A program made the translations under genes and the position numbers. Source: Camelus dromedarius (Eukaryota). From it: a DNA stretch of 64,000 bases. Location of the stretch: NCBI RefSeq assembly GCF_036321535.1, contig NC_087436.1:39124001-39188000 (forward strand), read 5' to 3'. Shown here piece by piece: positions 52,421-63,254 of this stretch. The first letter of the stretch is position 1. Each line of letters begins with the position of its first letter. Under the pieces are notes generated by a model, which was given only the letters and a program-made list of their open reading frames with translations, searched no databases and was not told the origin of the DNA.

Positions 52421-52677
52421 AAATAAAATATTACGAAGCCAGAATGAAGCAAAACTAATCATAATTTTGATGAATGTTCTAGAGGAAAAATACAGGGTAG
52501 TGAGAATTAACTTGATACTATATGTAAAAGCACCTAGCTAGATGATCAACATGTGATAGAATTTTAAAATGATATTTTTCCCTACCACTATCTACAAGAG
52601 CCCCAAATAGATTTGCACTAGATTTTAAAGGGAAGTTGGAGTATTGAAAACCAACAGCAGTCTCCCAGGGTTTAAAG

Positions 52678-52928
52678 CAGTTATTTCTCAATCTTTTTTT
52701 CATGATCATTTTCTGAAGAGTCTTTTTTCCTAATTGTCCCCATCCCCATGAAATGCTAGTACTGCAGATGTGCTACACACCATACATGTATGTGTTGTGG
52801 CCCTTTGGAGGCCCACAAACCAGTATAACAGCTAAGTTTTTGTTTTGTTTTGTTTTTTGCCCCTCAAGAACTAAGTTTCCTCCCCACAGGGGCGATCTCA
52901 TCCCACTGATTACCAGTGAGAATACATG
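52678..52928. mobile_element. MER112-like hAT-Charlie MITE
   Basis: 'cagttatttctcaatctttttttcat...gtggccctttggaggcccacaaacca...ggggcgat...tgagaatacatg'. Confidence 0.7.
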
Positions 52929-52939
52929 GTTAGGGTCAC

Positions 52940-53070
52940 CAATGGTTCTTAACCCTGGCTGCACATTAGAACTACCTGGGCAAGTTTTAATTACCAAGTC
53001 CCCATTCAGAGATTTTTATGTAATTTGTCCGAGGTGGGACCCAAGCTTTGTTATTTTAAAACTCTCCAGT
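52940..53070. mobile_element. MER5-family fragment
   Basis: 'caatggttcttaaccctggctgcacattagaactacctggg'. Confidence 0.75.
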
Positions 53071-53192
53071 GGGTTAGGTCAAGAAAGATCCTTCACTGCT
53101 AACCAGAGAGGAGCAAGTCTAAGTGCTTATTCAATGCTTTAAGCCTGTGACAAGCTAACCAACTAACATGACATGATGTGCTTGTAATTTAC

Positions 53193-53304
53193 CTTCATTG
53201 TAAATTGATGTACATCAGTTCTTTCCACACTGTAATAAAAACTTGTATATGTATATGAATTCTCCATGTACAATTAGGGGATGGATATGGTGGAGAAAGT
53301 ACTT
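53193..53304 (-). other. Candidate internal exon (112 nt, stops in all frames)
   Basis: Strong acceptor cccactttctttttttattccag| and donor AAG|gtaaat, in unique DNA. Confidence 0.3.
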
Positions 53305-53481
53305 CTGGAATAAAAAAAGAAAGTGGGCAATGATCATGATTCCAGGAATATGGCATTTGAAGGAGAAAAATCCCCTCTTTCCATTTTGGGGCCAGGAGAG
53401 GGACATTACCTGGGGCCAAAAGCACCAACGGGAGAGCACTCAGTTTGCACTCTGATCGCAGGATAGCCTGTTTTGAGGGAA

Positions 53482-53647
53482 CAGTAGTTTTGAGTGTGGT
53501 TCCTGGAACTTAGAATTTATTAGAAATACAAATTATTGGACCTTATCCCAGACCTCCTGGATCAGCACTGTGGGGGTGGAAACAGTGATGTTTGGTTTAA
53601 CAAGCCCACCAGGTTATCACTATACTCTCTTGAGTTTGAGAACCACT
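53482..53647. mobile_element. MER5A
   Basis: 'ttagaaatacaaattattggaccttatcccagacctcctggatcag...tttaacaagccc...agtttgagaaccact'. Confidence 0.8.
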
Positions 53648-55182
53648 CCAAAAAAACATGACTCCCAAGCACTGTATGTCCCAACTGCTTCTTTCCTTAA
53701 GAAAATTTACCTTTTATTCCTACTGCTGATTTTTATCCTATACTTGATTAATTTGTTCTTAATGTTGTTCCTATGAACCAAGATCTTAACAATCTGGATC
53801 ATATTAGTGCAATCAACGAACTTTAAAAATTCCATCTTTCATAGCCACTGTTGGAAATATTAAGTGAGCTCTAAACCAAACACTTTGAACCACTCTTTAA
53901 ACAATTTTTACAGAGAGAAAAGAAGAGGGTTTTTTGTTTTTTGCTTTTGCTTGCAGAGTTAACTAGCCAAAGAAGTTTCCTTTTTGACCATCACAGACAT
54001 TTAAAATTCTTTATGTTTTGCTGGAAATGCCAAACATTAATCAGATCCTCAAAACTAGGGTGACGCTAAACAGAAAGCAATTTAGACCATGGTGATAATG
54101 GTATCCAATCTCTCATTATTATTTAAGTCATGCTAATTCCTCAACTACACTGTCCTAAAAAGAAAAAAAAAAACCCATACATATATATATATGGAAGCAT
54201 TTCCTACCAGAATTTAAAACATATCCCACATGCTAGAATTAAACTGTTCCATTCCCTTAAGTTGCTTTAATTTTCCATATAGTTCAAAATTGCCTTTTAA
54301 AAAGGGAATAGATCCTAAAGCAGAAGTGTGATGACTTCTTCTTCTGGGCCAGACCTCACTGACAGAGTACTGATTTCCCGCCCCCCATACAGAGAGGGGA
54401 AGAGAGCTCAAGACACAGAGGATAAGAGCCGAGTTTGAGGCAATAAACTTATTTCAGGTGGACTTAATCAAACTGAAGAGGACTGGAATAAAGGTCATCC
54501 TCCTCCTCTACAGTTTAAGAGGAAATGCTGCTTTAAATGAGGCTCAGGTTGTTGACATGAATATGCTTAGAAAATAATATCATATAGGAATCCAGGCATA
54601 AAAACAAAGTGCTGTGTCCCATTTGCTATGTAGCTTAAAGGGGAAGGCTGCAACACGTTACATGTCTCACTGCCCATAAAAGGTAATATAACTCTGCTTG
54701 TGACCTTATTGTTCAAATATACATTGTGCCTGATGTAAACCATTTTCCCCATCTGGCTGCAAAAGAGATAATACAGAGATGACAGAGAAGTTTATCACCA
54801 GAGACTCTAAAGTTCATAGAATTCAATCTGTCTCAAGGTGAAATAAACTGACTTAAAGCCAAGTAAGAATGTGATTTCTTGTAAAACTTAAAACACCAGC
54901 AAAAAAAAACTCATCTTGATAGAACAGAGAGATTAAGAAGAGTGTTTGGTCAAAAATTTTAGCTATAACTTCATAAAAGCAAGACAACTAATCAATTCAG
55001 TGAAAAGTGAATTTAGTCAACTCAAAGGGCTTGACCCAAAAATCCTAGCCTAAATGTATTTCTTTTAGCCATACTGATTTTTACAGAAAAACAGAAAGAC
55101 TTTTATTGATTTCATTCTTGAAATACTCATAGCATTCTTTCAGCACTTTACGTAAGACATTTAGAAAAAAGAACAGGCATAC

Positions 55183-55295
55183 CTTAGCGTAACTTTCTAG
55201 GATTTTACAATCTCCAACATTATTAATGAAGACAGAAAATGCACTATACCGACTCCAATAAAGTTTAAAGAGCATAAAGGAATAACCAACCACTG
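55183..55295 (-). other. Candidate exon, possibly a first exon
   Basis: Donor AAG|gtatgc. The upstream acceptor is weak, but a TGACGTGG motif (55336-55343) and retained CpGs lie just upstream. One frame is open. Confidence 0.25.
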
Positions 55296-56589
55296 CTGTA
55301 ATTTTACAGTCAGAACACGACAGAGAGGGAGCAAATGACGTGGAGGCACACACAGGAGAACGGGCTAACCCAGGGTCTCACTTCCAGAATGTGGAATCCT
55401 TTTGAGAGCTGTTTTCTTCTTTTTGGGTGGCAGATTTCTAAAACTAGATCGCAGGAAAAACGAGAAAGTCAGTGACCTCTCCTAATCATCTGTCACCAGT
55501 ATTCAAAATAGCATTGGAGCTCACCCAGCAGCACATCGTGAACCCTCATTTGGCAAGAAAGTGCTAGTTTTGCCTCATGTCTTACCTTTCTTTCTAGACC
55601 TTCAAAGTTAGGTCTCACACAGAAAATAAAACCATATACACTAGAGCAGAACACATATTTTTAAGTTTATGGCCTCTGGACCTACTTATTACGTAGGGAA
55701 CTTTCTGGATGAAAGTTGCTTCATATGCCCTCCCCCTACCCCTTTCTTTTCATTCACTCTAACTCTGGTTAGCTTTGTAGATGACCACGTGATCCCCGTG
55801 ATCCCCGACATGCCTTTATCTACAATGCCCTACAGACATATCTTGCTTTTCCTAGGTGTTTTAATGAAAAGAGTTTTAAAAAGTGTTAAACTATTCAGTC
55901 AGGAGCTGCTTTCAAAACAGCCATAAGAAAAACTTCTGTGGGACAAATTGTTGACAATTTCGATTCTACGTATGTCACAAAACTAGTTTCGAAGTCATTA
56001 TGATATGGAACTGTAGAAGATAATTATACAGGACAGTTTGGGGCACATTATCTTATTTTTTAAAACCTGTATAGCAATTACCTTAGGTTGTCATGACTTG
56101 GATTCTGATATATTTATCTTAATACATATGGACAACACATCTTACTTTCTTGACTCACCCAACTAAGATATGTTTCAATGTCTCCTGCCTAAGATATACA
56201 TAAAGTTGCTTGCAAGATATACTAGTAGTTCAAATCTGGTTCTAATATTTATTGCCTCTTTTTTTTTCCTTTTAATTGTTCAGTTTTAGTTTCAGAATTT
56301 CTTTTTTTTTCTTTCTTTAATTCATCCTGATTTCGGACATCTACCAAGGGTTTTATATCATGCGTGATTTTTTCCTATCAATATTCTTTTAGAGTAACAC
56401 TAGTATTGATCTTTGGAACCTAGAATGATACATAGCAAACCATCTTTTATCAGAATTATTTGTGTTCTTTGTTTATTTTTTAAACAAGACCCTTCTACAA
56501 AAAGTAATGGATAGGAAATAAGAAATTAAAGAAATAGCATGACTCAAATACAACAGGAATACACATTATAGAAACTTTTGGTAAATGCA

Positions 56590-56815
56590 GATAATAATGG
56601 TTCACATTTATTTCGTGCTTACTACAAGCTAGGCACAGTGTTAAGTATTGTACATCCATTATCATTTAATAAACAGAAGTTCCAGGAGACAAGTATCATA
56701 GTTGTGCCTGCCTGTTTCATGAAGGAACTGGTTCAAAGTCATACACCAGTCAAGTGGTGAGGCAGGACGCAAACACAGCTCCTCCTGACCCCCCAGTGCT
56801 TTACCACCACACCAT
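56590..56815 (-). mobile_element. MIR
   Basis: 'cacatttatttcgtgcttactacaagctaggcacagtgttaagt...aaagtcatacaccagtcaagtgg'. Confidence 0.75.
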
Positions 56816-57135
56816 CCTCTTCCCTATCTGTATAACCTTAAGTGCCCCCTCAGTGATGTATATTTTTAATGTTAACTCTCAAACTCCACCATAATTCATC
56901 TTTCAGGCATTGATATAATTGCTAGATGCACAGTACAAAGCCACTGAAGAGCTAAATATGCCTGTTATTTCCTTGCCCAAAGACATCAGTTGTCAAAATA
57001 TCTCTCGTAAGGAACCAAAACAAATATGATAAGCATGATGGATAGAACATAAAATTTTTTTTTATTATTGCAGTTGTTGTTGTTATTATTGTTGGTTGGT
57101 ACAACATGGCCTACCATCACCATAAAATAGAGCTT

Positions 57136-57145
57136 CTGACGTCAG
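57136..57145. promoter_or_regulatory. Perfect palindromic CRE (cTGACGTCAg)
   Basis: Exact CREB/ATF consensus with intact CpG. Function untested. Confidence 0.4.
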
Positions 57146-57351
57146 TTTGAATCAGTATGAAAGTTAGTGATTAGCTCAGCCTGTTTTCAACTAACATATT
57201 TGCTGTTTGACTCAAGTTGCTATGCTGCTCCCAATATGAATATGTCCTTTCCTTTTTTTTTTTTTTTTTTTTTTTTATTATGGAAGGGCATTGTTTTGTT
57301 TTCACTGTAGATAGTCGAAAAAGAACAGAGGAGTTAGCTAAGAGACTGGGA

Positions 57352-57450
57352 GTTTGGTAACCATCTCAATTTGCCTAGGACTAAGGGGTTTCCCAAGAGA
57401 AGGAACTTTCAGTTTTAAAATCAGGACTGTTCCAAAGCAAACTGCTTGGG
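57352..57450. mobile_element. MER94-like hAT-Blackjack MITE
   Basis: 'tttgcctaggactaaggggtttccc...ggaactttcagttttaaaatcagga...gcaaactg'. Confidence 0.65.
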
Positions 57451-57483
57451 ATTGAGGGTGAGGAAAATGGATGATTTGTACTG

Positions 57484-57750
57484 AAATACAAACTTCCAGT
57501 TAATAAGATTAAAAAGTTCTGGGGATGTGATGTACAGTATGGTAACTGCAGTTAACAATACCATATTGTATATTTGAAAGTTGCTAAAAGAGTAGATCTT
57601 AAAATTTCTCATCATAAGGAAAAAAATTTGTAACCTTTGTGGCGATCATTTGTAATATACCCATATTATCAAGTCATTATATTGTATACCTTAAATGAAT
57701 ACAATGTTATATGTCAATTATATCTCAATAAAACTAGGGGAGAAAAAGAA
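57484..57750 (+). mobile_element. L1MA-type LINE-1 3' UTR fragment
   Basis: 'aagttctggggatgtgatgtacagtatggtaac...tgaaagttgctaaaagagtagatcttaaa...tgtcaattatatctcaataaaact'. Confidence 0.85.
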
Positions 57751-57869
57751 AAGATTAAACTTTTACATACAAAAAGCACTATAAAACCCATTCTAAACAT
57801 TCACATGCCGATAGAAATTTAGTTGTACACAAACCTGGCATTATTTCCACATATATTTGTGGCACTGAA

Positions 57870-58378
57870 ATCAATATGACTATCAAGTAACATTTTGCTA
57901 ACACTCATACCTCAATATGAGCATTTCTTCTGAAAATGGTCATCATGAGATGCTATACGCTTATTCCAATGACACTGACTTAGCTCAAGATATTTCTGAA
58001 ACTCTATTTTAGAATTGCCTTTAAAGTCAGATTTATTTAATTTATAGCCTGTCCTTGATTTTTATAAACATGGTATTAGGAGCATGAATGATTTTCTTTA
58101 ATTCACCATATAGAAGTCCAAATAACTTGATTTTTATTCCCCAAAAGCAAATTCCTGCCTAAAAAGGCAATGTTTGCAACTTCTGATGCTATTCAAAAGA
58201 ACCTGACACAAGTTCTAAAAACAGTTCCAAAAAAGTATGACAGCATTACTTTGATCAATGGCAGCATGTTAAGCTTAAGAAGACAACTCCAATTTTAAGG
58301 AGAGCAATTTTGGAGTTACAAACTCTATATGATTGTTCCCTTCCCCCCACATCACTTATGCTAACTTAGTCATACCTT
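57870..58378. mobile_element. MARNA-like mariner-derived element
   Basis: 'cttattccaatga...tttagaattgcctt' and 'ttcaaaagaac...aaacagttccaaaa...tttgatcaatggcagcat', ending 'tagtcatacct'. Confidence 0.6.
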
Positions 58379-58673
58379 TTAACCCTCAGCTAAAAAGCCT
58401 CTAATTTCATTTTAAGCCCGAACCTCAGTGTTGCCATGCTATGTATCAGTCCACTTAAACTTCCTTTCACGGTGTCTGATCAAATACTGAAACCCTCTCT
58501 TGCAGCCTGCCATGTATCCTCCCTTAAAAATTACTTTTCCCCTCAGGGCTGATGTCTTTACCTCTAAGATATCTGCTAGTTAGCTTGTCATTGCTTCATG
58601 GAGGAGTCCGGGGACATGGTTGCTTGTGTAAGGTCTTTTTAGGTAAACTTGTCAAATGCATCATCCTCTAACA

Positions 58674-58874
58674 GAAGGTTTTTCCAATGTCAGCACTATT
58701 GACATTTTAGGTTGGATAACTGTTTATTGCAGGGGGCTGTCCTGTGCATTGTAGGATATTTAGCAGCATCCCTGGCCTCCATCCACTAGATGCCAGTTGT
58801 GAGAACCAAAAATGTCTCCAGACATTGCCAAATGTCCCCCATAGGGCAAAACTCCCCCTGGTAAAGAACCACTG
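58674..58874. mobile_element. MER20
   Basis: 'cagcactattgacattt...ctgtcctgtgcattgtaggatatttagcagcatccctggcctc...aatgtctccagacattgccaaatgtcccc...gaaccactg'. Confidence 0.92.
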
Positions 58875-59300
58875 GCCAGTGCAAGGAACATAGGAATGTG
58901 TTGGTTTCTTTGTAGAGTTTCAAAAATGCACATTATGCTGAACCAGATTAAGCTTAACTTAGTTTGAAAGGAAAAAAAGCCCTCGAATTCAAACCAAATA
59001 AAAATATATTTAATTAACTGGTAAAACAAAATCTATGTTTAGGAAAAAATGTTGTGCTTTCCAGGTGAAACACTAACCACATATTCCAGGTAGAAAGGTG
59101 CCTATTCATTTTTTTTTCTTCATTCCAATAGTATTTACTAAGCATCTACCAAGTGAGAGACATTCCTCTGGGCAATGGGGCTACAGTAATGAACAAGATA
59201 GACAAGAGCCTTGCTCACAAGAAGCCTACAGTTTAGCAAGTTTGGGAGATGTATGCAACACAGTGAGATATGTACCATACCACAACAGGTGATAGGGTAG

Positions 59301-59865
59301 TGTATTAATCATGTTTTTATTGTCTATATTTTTTGAGGTTTTGACATCTTGGAGGGGGCATTTCTGGCTAGAGAGAGACTGCCCCTCCCAGGGCTAGTTA
59401 ATTCCTAAAATGATAAACATGCCTGAGAGCACTCCTTTCATATGCAAAGCAGCCAATCCTGAGTCCATACCAGCAACCATCTTCTTTATCTAACTCTTAC
59501 TCACCAAGCCAGGATTTCCCCTGCCTAAATCAATGCAGGTCCAGGTACCAGACAACTAGGACCATCCCTATGCCCCAGAGCCTGCTGGAATTATTCAAAC
59601 TAGCCAACTCTAAACTGTTTTCCTGCCCTGTTTTGCCTTTCTCATGGAAAACACAATAAAGACTGTGGTCTATGCCTTCCCTTCACTCTTCTCTACATCC
59701 TGACCAACACTGGTGCTTCTCCATGTGGCCCTGCATGGCCTGGCATGCCCTCTTCCTCTATGGAAATGTAAGTAATAAAAATCTTCTTTCAGTGGCATTA
59801 ACTTCTCCATGTTGTCACTCAGTCACCTTTAAAATTTTAGATCCCACAGGTAAATCATTGAGATG
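59301..59865 (+). mobile_element. MER74-family ERVL solo LTR
   Basis: Starts TGTATTAA; contains 'gactgcccctcccagggctag', 'atatgcaaa', 'ccaggtaccagacaactagg', 'aattattcaaactagccaa' and two AATAAA. 3' end approximate. Confidence 0.8.
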
Positions 59866-60597
59866 GCACATAGAAAGGATACCCTACTCCAGTCAAGGGG
59901 ATCAGAAAAGCTTCCCTGATTTAAGACAGAGTTAGCAAGGTAATACACAGGGGATACACTTCATGCAGGGAGAAAGAATATATAAATGGCCAGGCATGAC
60001 CAAGTTGGAGTAGGATAGGAGAGTGGAAGTGCAGATTTATTCAGAGTGTTCATCCTGAAGGCAACTGGAAACCTTAAGTATTTAAGCCAGGTCAGCAATA
60101 GGATTTACTCTATTTTATTAGAAGATCATTCTGGCTGCTTTGTGGGGGTAGAGACCAGTCAGTAGGTTTTAGAAGCAATAGAGGAAAAGATTGATAGTGT
60201 CCTGAATGAACAGAAGTTGATAAATTAAATTAAAAAGATGTTCAACAGAAAGAATTGAGCCCAACTGGTGAATTGAAAGGAAGGAGCAAGGAGGAAGCCA
60301 AGATTTCTGACTTAAGAAACCGGTTAGATGTGTTTAGCAGTGCCCCTCCCTAACATAAAGAACCCAGAAGGAGAAGCAGATTTGGGGGGAAAGTTGAACT
60401 TGAGATGTCTGTCAAACATTAAGATAGATACATCTAGCATTCAGTTGAATATGATGGTCTGGAGTAGAGAAGAGAGATGCTCTAGAGATAGAACATTAAA
60501 AAGCCATGTCCAAATGATTTAAAAGTCTTCTATAAGAAATGGTAATGGCAGCCATGAGTGAGTCTGGAGTAGTGAGATTGATAATGACAAGAGTTCA

Positions 60598-61068
60598 GGA
60601 ATACTACTCAGCCATAAAAAAGAATAAAATAATGCCACTTGCAGCAACATGGATGGACCTGGAGATCGTCATTCTAAGTGAAGTAAACCAGAAAGAGAAA
60701 GAAGAATACCATATGATATCACTCATATGTGGAATCTTAAAAAAAAATGCAAATGAACTTATTTACTAAACAGAAATAGACTCACAGACACAGAAAACAA
60801 ACTTACGGTTACCAGTGGGGGAAGGGGTTGGGAAGGGATAAATTGATAAATCGAGATTTGCAAATACTAACTACTATATATAAAATAGATAAACAACAAA
60901 TTTATATTGTATATCACAGGGAACTATATTCAATGTCTTGTAGTAACTTTTAATGAAAAAGAGTATGAAAAGGAATGTATGTATGTATATGTATGACTGA
61001 AACATTATGCTGTACACCAGAAACTGACACAGCATTGTAAACTGACTATACTTCAATTTTTTAAAAAA
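60598..61068 (+). mobile_element. 5'-truncated lineage-specific LINE-1 (ORF2 C-terminus plus 3' UTR)
   Basis: Encodes EYYSAIKKNKIMPLAATWMDLEIVILSEVNQKEKEEYHMISLICGI (L1 ORF2p C-terminus), then a G-rich tract and a cetartiodactyl-type end 'tgctgtacaccagaaactgacacagcattgtaaactgactatacttcaa'. Confidence 0.93.
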
Positions 61069-61159
61069 GCCAGAGGAACATCAGCATTAATCAATAGGAA
61101 GAAGAGGAGCTCTCAAAGGAGACTGAGGTGGAGTGACAGGAGAGGCATGAGGAAAACCT

Positions 61160-61460
61160 TTGCCTGGAATTCTCTCCCTCCTTCTTCTCCTCCTAGCCTC
61201 ACCCCGTCATCACTACCTTCTTCATCTGAAAAAACTCTGTCAAGATTTCTTGTTGAGGACTCAGCTTCAAACATTGCCTCTTTTGTGGTGATTTCCCTGA
61301 CTACCCCAAGCTGGGAGTGAGGATCCCTCCTCAGTTACAACACTCATCTCATCATACACACGTCTCTCTTGACGACGAGACCATTCTTCCCACCATTGTG
61401 TCCCCAGTCCAGTAACAAGCACAAAGTAGGCATGTAACTTATATTTGCTGAATAAGTGAA
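61160..61460 (+). mobile_element. L2 3' fragment
   Basis: 'tgcctggaattctctccc...ttccctgactacccca...atatttgctgaataa'. Confidence 0.65.
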
Positions 61461-62558
61461 AAAATGTAAGTTCTCATGCTTGAATCATAGGATAATTTTT
61501 CAGGTGATCACTTAAAGCAAATTAACTCTTATTTTGGAAATAATTCTAATAACGGTTTCTAACCCACAGGTGATTAGAAACAGAAAATTAAGAAGGGAGG
61601 GGAGATGGAATGAGAAACACAAATGCTGACAGGGCACTGAAAGCTAAAAAGTGAAAGAGAAGAAGCTAAACATGCTTCGTACATGGCAACCTAGCATCCT
61701 TTAGTATAAATGACAACACGTTCACAATTTTAACACAACATGATTCAGAAAGTGATGATCAGGTGAGAACGTGGAGTCTCCAAGGAGGCTAAATTATGAC
61801 AGGCAATACTCCATTAAGTAAGTCAAGACAGGATGTGTAGATTTTTAATAGATCTGTTGTACAATGGCAATTATTTTTAGTTTTGAAAGCAAAGATTATA
61901 TAAACGTTAGAAAGATTCAAAGTGTAAAGTGATGACCCCTTTTAGCTGAGCTTCCAGATATCTGGGATATGCGCACTCTCTGGAGTAGCTCATTCTCTGA
62001 TGGAGGGCGTGCCATGTAAACAAGCTGCTGCCATATGTGGAAATGCATTACTCAGAATGATAAAATGGAATCTCTCGCCTTTCTCATTTATAAACTCATA
62101 AAGACAGTGTTTCTTACAAAAGCACTTAAAGCATGGCACAACATTTCCAAGCAGCTACCCCACTGTTATCCATGTCTTCTATGTCAGTGTGTTAAGAATT
62201 TAGGAGGATTTTTACAATGTGAGTTCCCTCTCTTTCCTTCATGGCACAGCACAGGCATGTATTCTGCTGCCTTTTGCAGTCAGCGTGAGCTTCCCTGCCA
62301 TCAGCTTATGACTGTGTTCTTGGACACTAAAATAAAGCTCACTCAAAAAATATTCCTAAATAGGGCACAATGGTTAAACTGGCAATGCTATAAATATTGC
62401 CGAGCCAAAGTATATTTTTGTCTTTATGTCTCTATGCCAGACACTGTTAAGCCAACAGTTAATACACAAACTTTTTTGTTTTTGTTGTCGTCAAGGAGAG
62501 AGCGCAGCTTCTTTAGGGCTATTTTAAATTCTGTGCCTCGTTTCACATAAATATTTAC

Positions 62559-62675
62559 CCAAAGGAAGGTGTTTGACAGTGAAAATCTATACACTGTCAT
62601 AATCTTTTTACACAGAGCAGTATTTCCACTGCAGAGACTCTGCTGAAGGTATAAAAAAGCTCCCCTGTGGAAATC
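62559..62675 (-). other. Candidate symmetric exon (117 nt, open frame)
   Basis: Acceptor ttttttctctctcttctcataatag|, donor TGG|gtaaat, phase 0-0 peptide DFHRGAFLYLQQSLCSGNTALCKKIMTVYRFSLSNTFLW, not recognised. Confidence 0.25.
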
Positions 62676-62840
62676 CTATTATGAGAAGAGAGAGAAAAAA
62701 GGCAAAGTTATTGTTATCCTTCAAAAATTGAAGTTTATAAAAACAAAATGTGTTTGTCTAGATGCCCAGCCAGTTTGTTGTGTGTTTAAAATATGTTCAA
62801 CTCAGCAATAGCAACGGAAAAAATAAAAAGTAATGGTGGA

Positions 62841-62930
62841 AGATGGTTCTCCAGGACATTAGTCTGACATCTTCTTGTTCTACTGGCTTTCTGAATGATG
62901 TCATTATTCCTTGCCCCTCCCGCCTCCCCC
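62841..62930 (+). mobile_element. MER41-like ERV1 LTR fragment bounded by a 16-bp TSD
   Basis: Perfect direct repeat AAAAAGTAATGGTGGA at 62825-62840 and 62931-62946. The insert 'agatggttctccaggacattagtctgacatcttcttgttctactggctttctgaatgatgtcattattccttgcccc' resembles the MER41-type region around the poly(A) signal. Confidence 0.7.
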
Positions 62931-62972
62931 AAAAAGTAATGGTGGATTAGTTTTCAAAGCATCTGAAAATAA

Positions 62973-63036
62973 GTATATATATATGTGTATGTGTGTGTGT
63001 GTGTGTGTGTATATATACACACACATATATATATAT
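62973..63036. repeat. Compound (TA)/(TG)/(CA) microsatellite
   Basis: 64 nt of unbroken purine-pyrimidine alternation. Confidence 0.95.
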
Positions 63037-63254
63037 TCAGTACAGATTTTAAAAACTCAATATATTTTAAGGCAACTTCTGAAGCAGAGATTAAATTATG
63101 TATTACCATGGCTACACTGAAAATCTGACAATTAAAAAAAGACACTTTTAGGGAGAATCATAGTGAGGCTATCGGTGAAAAAACACATTTTTTAAGTACT
63201 GTTCTAACTTTTATAACAGTAACTTTTCTAGAGACTTTTTAGAATTATTCAAGA

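Larger units (their letters stand above)
59105..61160 (-). mobile_element. L2 element interrupted by a MER74 LTR and a young L1
   Basis: 3' end 'tatttactaagcatctac...acagtaatgaacaagatagac', continuing 'aagatcattctggctgct', 'gaaggagaagcagatttgggg', and after the L1 'aaaggagactgagg'. Confidence 0.75.

Noticed and set aside
58320..58500. Minus-strand donor AAG|gtatga as an exon end
   Set aside because: It coincides with the terminus of the MARNA-like element and the frame I followed upstream ends in a stop.
60539..60769. 76-aa ORF with a real protein-like segment
   Set aside because: The segment is the LINE-1 ORF2p C-terminus of a truncated insertion, not a host gene.
62035..62550. 171-aa plus-strand ORF
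   Set aside because: No recognisable motif and a composition typical of random AT-rich translation; the region looks regulatory.
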